A stretch of DNA of 20,660 nt, taken from a bacterium. GTDB taxonomy: Bacteria; Zhuqueibacterota; Zhuqueibacteria; Oceanimicrobiales; Oceanimicrobiaceae. Below are positions 17,117 through 20,660 of this stretch, piece after piece. Under the pieces are notes generated by a model. That model made no database searches and was not told the DNA's origin. It saw only the letters and a program-made list of their open reading frames with translations. The stretch is from the NCBI GenBank assembly GCA_046758365.1, contig JBHIAC010000046.1:1-20660 (forward strand), written 5' to 3'. Each line of letters starts with the position of its first letter. Position 1 is the first letter of the stretch. The translations under genes and the position numbers were made by a program.

Positions 17117-18460
17117 TTGTCTAAGTTAATGGTTAGCGTTTCTGGCGTGCGTGGCATTGTTGGTGAAGGGCTTACCCCAGAAGTCGCAATGAACGTTGCC
17201 CAAGCCTTTGGCACTTATATCAAAAGCGGTAAAGTTGTTGTTGGCAGAGATTCTCGAGTTACAGGGGACCTGCTTAAAAATGCCGTTTTTACCGGTTTAT
17301 CGGCTGTTGGATGTGATATTATAAACATCGGAGTGTGTCCCACACCTACTACCCAGTTGGCAGTAGCAAATCTCAAAACTGAAGGCGGAGTCATGATTAC
17401 CGCCAGCCACAATCCGATTATGTGGAACGGTCTTAAACTCATTGGGCCAGATGGTTTATTCCTTGATGCTGAGGAGGGACAAGAAGTTTTGAAAATTGCT
17501 GAAAGTCGGTCATTCTCCTTTGCATCTTGGGATAAAATTGGTGTGGCTGTAAATTATTCAAAAGCCATTGAAGAGCATATTGAAGCTATTTTAAATTTAC
17601 AATATATAGATACAGAAAAAATTAAAAAACGAAAATTCAAAGTAGTTTTGGATTGTGTCTGTGGAGCGGGTTCAAATTTAATCCCCATTCTTTTAGAAAA
17701 GTTGGGCTGCACCACGGTAGGTCTGAATTGCAAACCTACGGGTATGTTCCCAAGAAATCCTGAGCCGCTATCTGAAAATTTGAGCGAACTCTGTGAAACG
17801 GTTAAAAAAGAAAAAGCAGATATAGGATTGGCTGTAGATCCCGACTCCGATCGACTAGCCCTGGTCTCTGAGAAAGGAAAGCCATTAGGAGAAGAAATAA
17901 CTTTAGCTTTGGCTGTCAAATACATCTTAAGCCAAAAGCCAGGAACCGTTGTGGTAAACGCCTCGACATCCAGAGTAAATGAAGATGTTGTCCAGATGTA
18001 TGGTTCTTCGGTTATCAGAACTAAAGTTGGTGAAATTCATGTAGCCAAAAAAATGCAGGAAGTCGGTGCAGTCATTGGTGGCGAAGGCAACGGCGGCGTA
18101 ATTTTGCCGGAGATTCATTTGGGTCGTGACGCACCTGTGGGAATTGCTTTGACTCTGCAGCATTTGGTCGAATTCGGGCGGCCAATCAGTGAACTCTCTA
18201 ATAGCTTGCCGCAATACGTGATAACAAAAAAGAAAATCGAAATAAGGGATTTTGATTCCACCGCGGCTTTAAATAAAATCCGAGATATCTATTCTCATGA
18301 GACTTTAGATTTTACCGATGGCCTCAAAATTGCGTGGCCGAAGTCCTGGGTGCATATTCGACCCTCTAACACCGAACCCATCATTCGAGTGATTGCCGAA
18401 GCACCATCAAAAGCAGAGTCAGAACAACTGGTTTCAGAAATTATAAAACAAATTTCTTAA
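17117..18460 (+). CDS. glmM: Alpha-D-phosphohexomutase (phosphoglucosamine mutase / PMM-PGM family)
   Basis: SGVRG, ITASHNP (phospho-Ser), DPDSDR metal loop, GEGNGG sugar loop, RPSNTEP..R..AEA. TTG start at 17117 with AAGGAG SD. Confidence 0.85.
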   Translation: MSKLMVSVSGVRGIVGEGLTPEVAMNVAQAFGTYIKSGKVVVGRDSRVTGDLLKNAVFTGLSAVGCDIINIGVCPTPTTQLAVANLKTEGGVMITASHNPIMWNGLKLIGPDGLFLDAEEGQEVLKIAESRSFSFASWDKIGVAVNYSKAIEEHIEAILNLQYIDTEKIKKRKFKVVLDCVCGAGSNLIPILLEKLGCTTVGLNCKPTGMFPRNPEPLSENLSELCETVKKEKADIGLAVDPDSDRLALVSEKGKPLGEEITLALAVKYILSQKPGTVVVNASTSRVNEDVVQMYGSSVIRTKVGEIHVAKKMQEVGAVIGGEGNGGVILPEIHLGRDAPVGIALTLQHLVEFGRPISELSNSLPQYVITKKKIEIRDFDSTAALNKIRDIYSHETLDFTDGLKIAWPKSWVHIRPSNTEPIIRVIAEAPSKAESEQLVSEIIKQIS

Positions 18461-18461
18461 T

Positions 18462-18749
18462 AATCATACCACAAAGAGACCGAGGTCAAAGAGAAAGAAT
18501 TTAACCCAGATTCGGAATTTAGCCTCAAAATTTAAAACTCTTAGATTCGGAAATTAATTGGGTGTTCAAACTTCAGTTTGAAATGTGCCAGCGAATTACA
18601 AGCTAAAGCTTGAACACCGAAATAAATAGTACTTAAAAGAGCTATGTGCCGGTCCAACGCTGGGATCTATGAAATTACTTTTCCGAATCTGGGTTTAAAT
18701 TGGTTTCAATTTAAGTACTTAGGGTTCTTAGTGTCTTGTGGTTTTGATT
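18462..18749. repeat. Three nested inverted-repeat pairs (REP/MITE-like composite)
   Basis: Outer imperfect pair 18462-18484/18727-18749. Perfect 15-bp pair AACCCAGATTCGGAA 18503-18517/18681-18695. Inner 17/20 pair 18561-18580/18599-18618. Confidence 0.7.
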
Positions 18750-18766
18750 TTAGAGCAGACATAAAC

Positions 18767-19465
18767 ATGAACGTTGACAAAGTAATCGACAAAGTGGGGC
18801 TTACAAAGCTTATCGACCATACTTTGTTGAAACCGGAAGCGACTAGAGAGCAAATCATTAAGCTGTGCGATGAAGCTGTTCAATATGGATTCGCCTCGGT
18901 CTGTGTTAACCCTACCTGGGTGCGCTTATGCCGAGACCGACTGCGTGGTTCAGATGTCTTGGTGTGTACGGTGGTGGGATTCCCTCTGGGAGCGAACACA
19001 ACCGAAACAAAAGCGTTTGAAACACAGAAAGCGATCAAGGAAGGGGCGGATGAAATCGACATAGTTATCAATATCGGCCTGCTAAAATCAGGCGAGTACA
19101 ATTATGTGGAAAGAGACATCCAGGCCGTGGTGGAAGCAGCCGGCAAAAGAGCCCGGGTCAAGGTAATATTAGAGACCTGTTATCTTACGGATGAGGAGAA
19201 AACCAAAGGGGCGCTTCTGGCAAAAAAAGCCGGAGCGCATTTTGTTAAAACTTCTACTGGCTTTGGTAAAGCTGGTGCAACTTTGGGCGATGTAGTTCTT
19301 CTCAGAAAAGTGGTTGGCAGTGAAATGGGGGTAAAGGCTGCTGGCGGGGTTAGAGACTACCAAAAAGCTGTGAAGATGATTAAAGCTGGCGCCAATCGAA
19401 TTGGGACCTCCGCCAGTGTTGCCATAATTGGAGAGGGCCCGCATCTTCCCCTCAAAGGTGGCTAA
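18767..19465 (+). CDS. deoC: Deoxyribose-phosphate aldolase
   Basis: [50 protein letters not shown]. Start ATG 18767; the track start at 18644 lies inside the repeat element. Confidence 0.96.
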   Translation: MNVDKVIDKVGLTKLIDHTLLKPEATREQIIKLCDEAVQYGFASVCVNPTWVRLCRDRLRGSDVLVCTVVGFPLGANTTETKAFETQKAIKEGADEIDIVINIGLLKSGEYNYVERDIQAVVEAAGKRARVKVILETCYLTDEEKTKGALLAKKAGAHFVKTSTGFGKAGATLGDVVLLRKVVGSEMGVKAAGGVRDYQKAVKMIKAGANRIGTSASVAIIGEGPHLPLKGG

Positions 19466-19707
19466 AATTACAAATAAGGAAAACGTAGAATAACAGCGGA
19501 TCCTGCATTGCGATTGACAAAGAGATTAATGTATATCAACCAACGGTTTAATGCTTCCGGGCTTGAGCTGTTCTTGTGTTACAATTCACTGTACCTGATA
19601 GCGAGGAGCGTTGGTCAAATTTCTAATTTTTGTTATCTCAAAGTTATTTTTTTATTCAGCAAGTTGAGTACACTTTTCCCCTCCGTAAGTGAGTTTAAGT
19701 TCGCCAG

Positions 19708-20660
19708 ATGAACCCAATAGAAATAATCACTAAAAAACGAGATGGTGGAGAGCTAAGTTCGGATGAATTGAAATTTCTAATCCAAGGCTACGTAGAAGGT
19801 CTGATTCCTGATTATCAAATTTCGGCCTTTCTCATGGCGGTCTATTTTCAAGGAATGACCTTTGAAGAAACCGTCACCTTGACTGAAATTATGCGAGACT
19901 CTGGTACGGTTTTAGACTTAACTTCCATTCTTGGAATCAAGGTTGACAAGCACAGTACGGGAGGCGTAGGCGATAAAGTTTCTCTCATTTTAGCACCGCT
20001 TGTGGCATCTGCTGGATTGGTTGTTCCGATGATTTCAGGCCGGGCGTTGGTTCACACCGGGGGTACCTTGGACAAATTAGAAGCGATTCCTGGTTTTCGT
20101 ACCAACCTCAATCTTACTGAATTAAAAAAACAATTAGAAAAAATAGGTGTGGCGCTAATCGGACAGTCTGAAAACTTATGTCCAGCCGACCAAAAAATTT
20201 ATGCCCTCCGCGATGCCACCGCCACCGTACAATCCATTCCGCTAATCACGGCCAGTATCTTAAGTAAGAAATTGGCTGAAGGAATCGATGCTTTAGTTTT
20301 GGATGTGAAGGCTGGAAATGGGGCCATCTTTATTGAGAAAGAAAAGGCCTGGGAATTGGCCCGAATGTTGGTTAAAACGGCCAACAGATTTAACCTTAAA
20401 TCCACCGCCCTGATTACTTCAATGGAACAACCCTTGGGTCAGGCGGTTGGGAATTGGCTGGAGACCAAAGAAGCCATCGAGACGCTCAAGGGACAGGGCC
20501 CTGCCGATTTGATTGACCTAACTCTAACACTCGGTGCTCAAATGCTGGTTCTGGGAAATTGTGCTCATAATATTGCCCAAGGCAAGTCCCTTCTGCTGGA
20601 AAAACTCAACAGCGGTCAAGCTTTTGAAAAATTTCTAAAATTAGTTGAACTGCAAGGGGG
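19708..20660 (+). CDS. pdp: Pyrimidine-nucleoside / thymidine phosphorylase (3'-truncated; absent from ORF track)
   Basis: Translated by hand: MNPIEIITKKRDGGELS...IPDYQISAFLMAVYFQGM...VDKHSTGGVGDK...SGRALVHTGGTLDKLE...ADQKIYALRDATATV.SIPLITASILSKK. Open to the window end. Confidence 0.95.
   Translation, partial: MNPIEIITKKRDGGELSSDELKFLIQGYVEGLIPDYQISAFLMAVYFQGMTFEETVTLTEIMRDSGTVLDLTSILGIKVDKHSTGGVGDKVSLILAPLVASAGLVVPMISGRALVHTGGTLDKLEAIPGFRTNLNLTELKKQLEKIGVALIGQSENLCPADQKIYALRDATATVQSIPLITASILSKKLAEGIDALVLDVKAGNGAIFIEKEKAWELARMLVKTANRFNLKSTALITSMEQPLGQAVGNWLETKEAIETLKGQGPADLIDLTLTLGAQMLVLGNCAHNIAQGKSLLLEKLNSGQAFEKFLKLVELQG

Noticed and set aside
18644..18766. 41-aa N-terminal extension of DeoC in the ORF track
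   Set aside because: It is translated from the nested repeat. Homology starts near ATG 18767.
19508..19711. 67-aa ORF overlapping the pdp start (ATGA)
   Set aside because: TTG start without a clear SD and no recognisable motif. It lies over a putative structured region and is probably spurious.
467..20405. Numerous short antisense or alternate-frame ORFs in the track (e.g. 6812-7183, 8315-8683, 15475-15819, 17554-17925, 20199-20405)
   Set aside because: They are shadows of well-supported genes on the other strand or frame.

Overview
AT-rich bacterial chromosomal window. The FlgD-Ig/T9SS-type C-terminal domain and PEGA proteins suggest an FCB-related lineage such as KSB1 or Calditrichota (inference). 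In order it holds: the 3' part of a large secreted Ig-repeat protein; a TPR/PEGA protein; a convergent membrane Hanks-type kinase with PEGA domains whose catalytic motifs are degenerate (likely pseudokinase); ridA; a cupin; an mlaE-mlaF-mlaD-DUF971 operon; a structured 600-bp intergenic region (nested inverted-repeat element, near-consensus promoter, candidate ~170-nt sRNA, terminator); an ABC exporter with a lipoprotein; a Tat-exported thioredoxin-like protein; a secreted peptidase-MA-like protein without HExxH; xdhC-mocA; a phosphohexomutase (glmM-like); deoC; and a 3'-truncated pyrimidine-nucleoside phosphorylase missing from the ORF track. No transposase, CRISPR, tRNA or rRNA was seen. The most interesting signals are two apparent pseudoenzymes, a small element flanked by ATAAAT direct repeats present in long and minimal forms at the same target motif, a candidate two-state sRNA, and a three-layer nested repeat before deoC.
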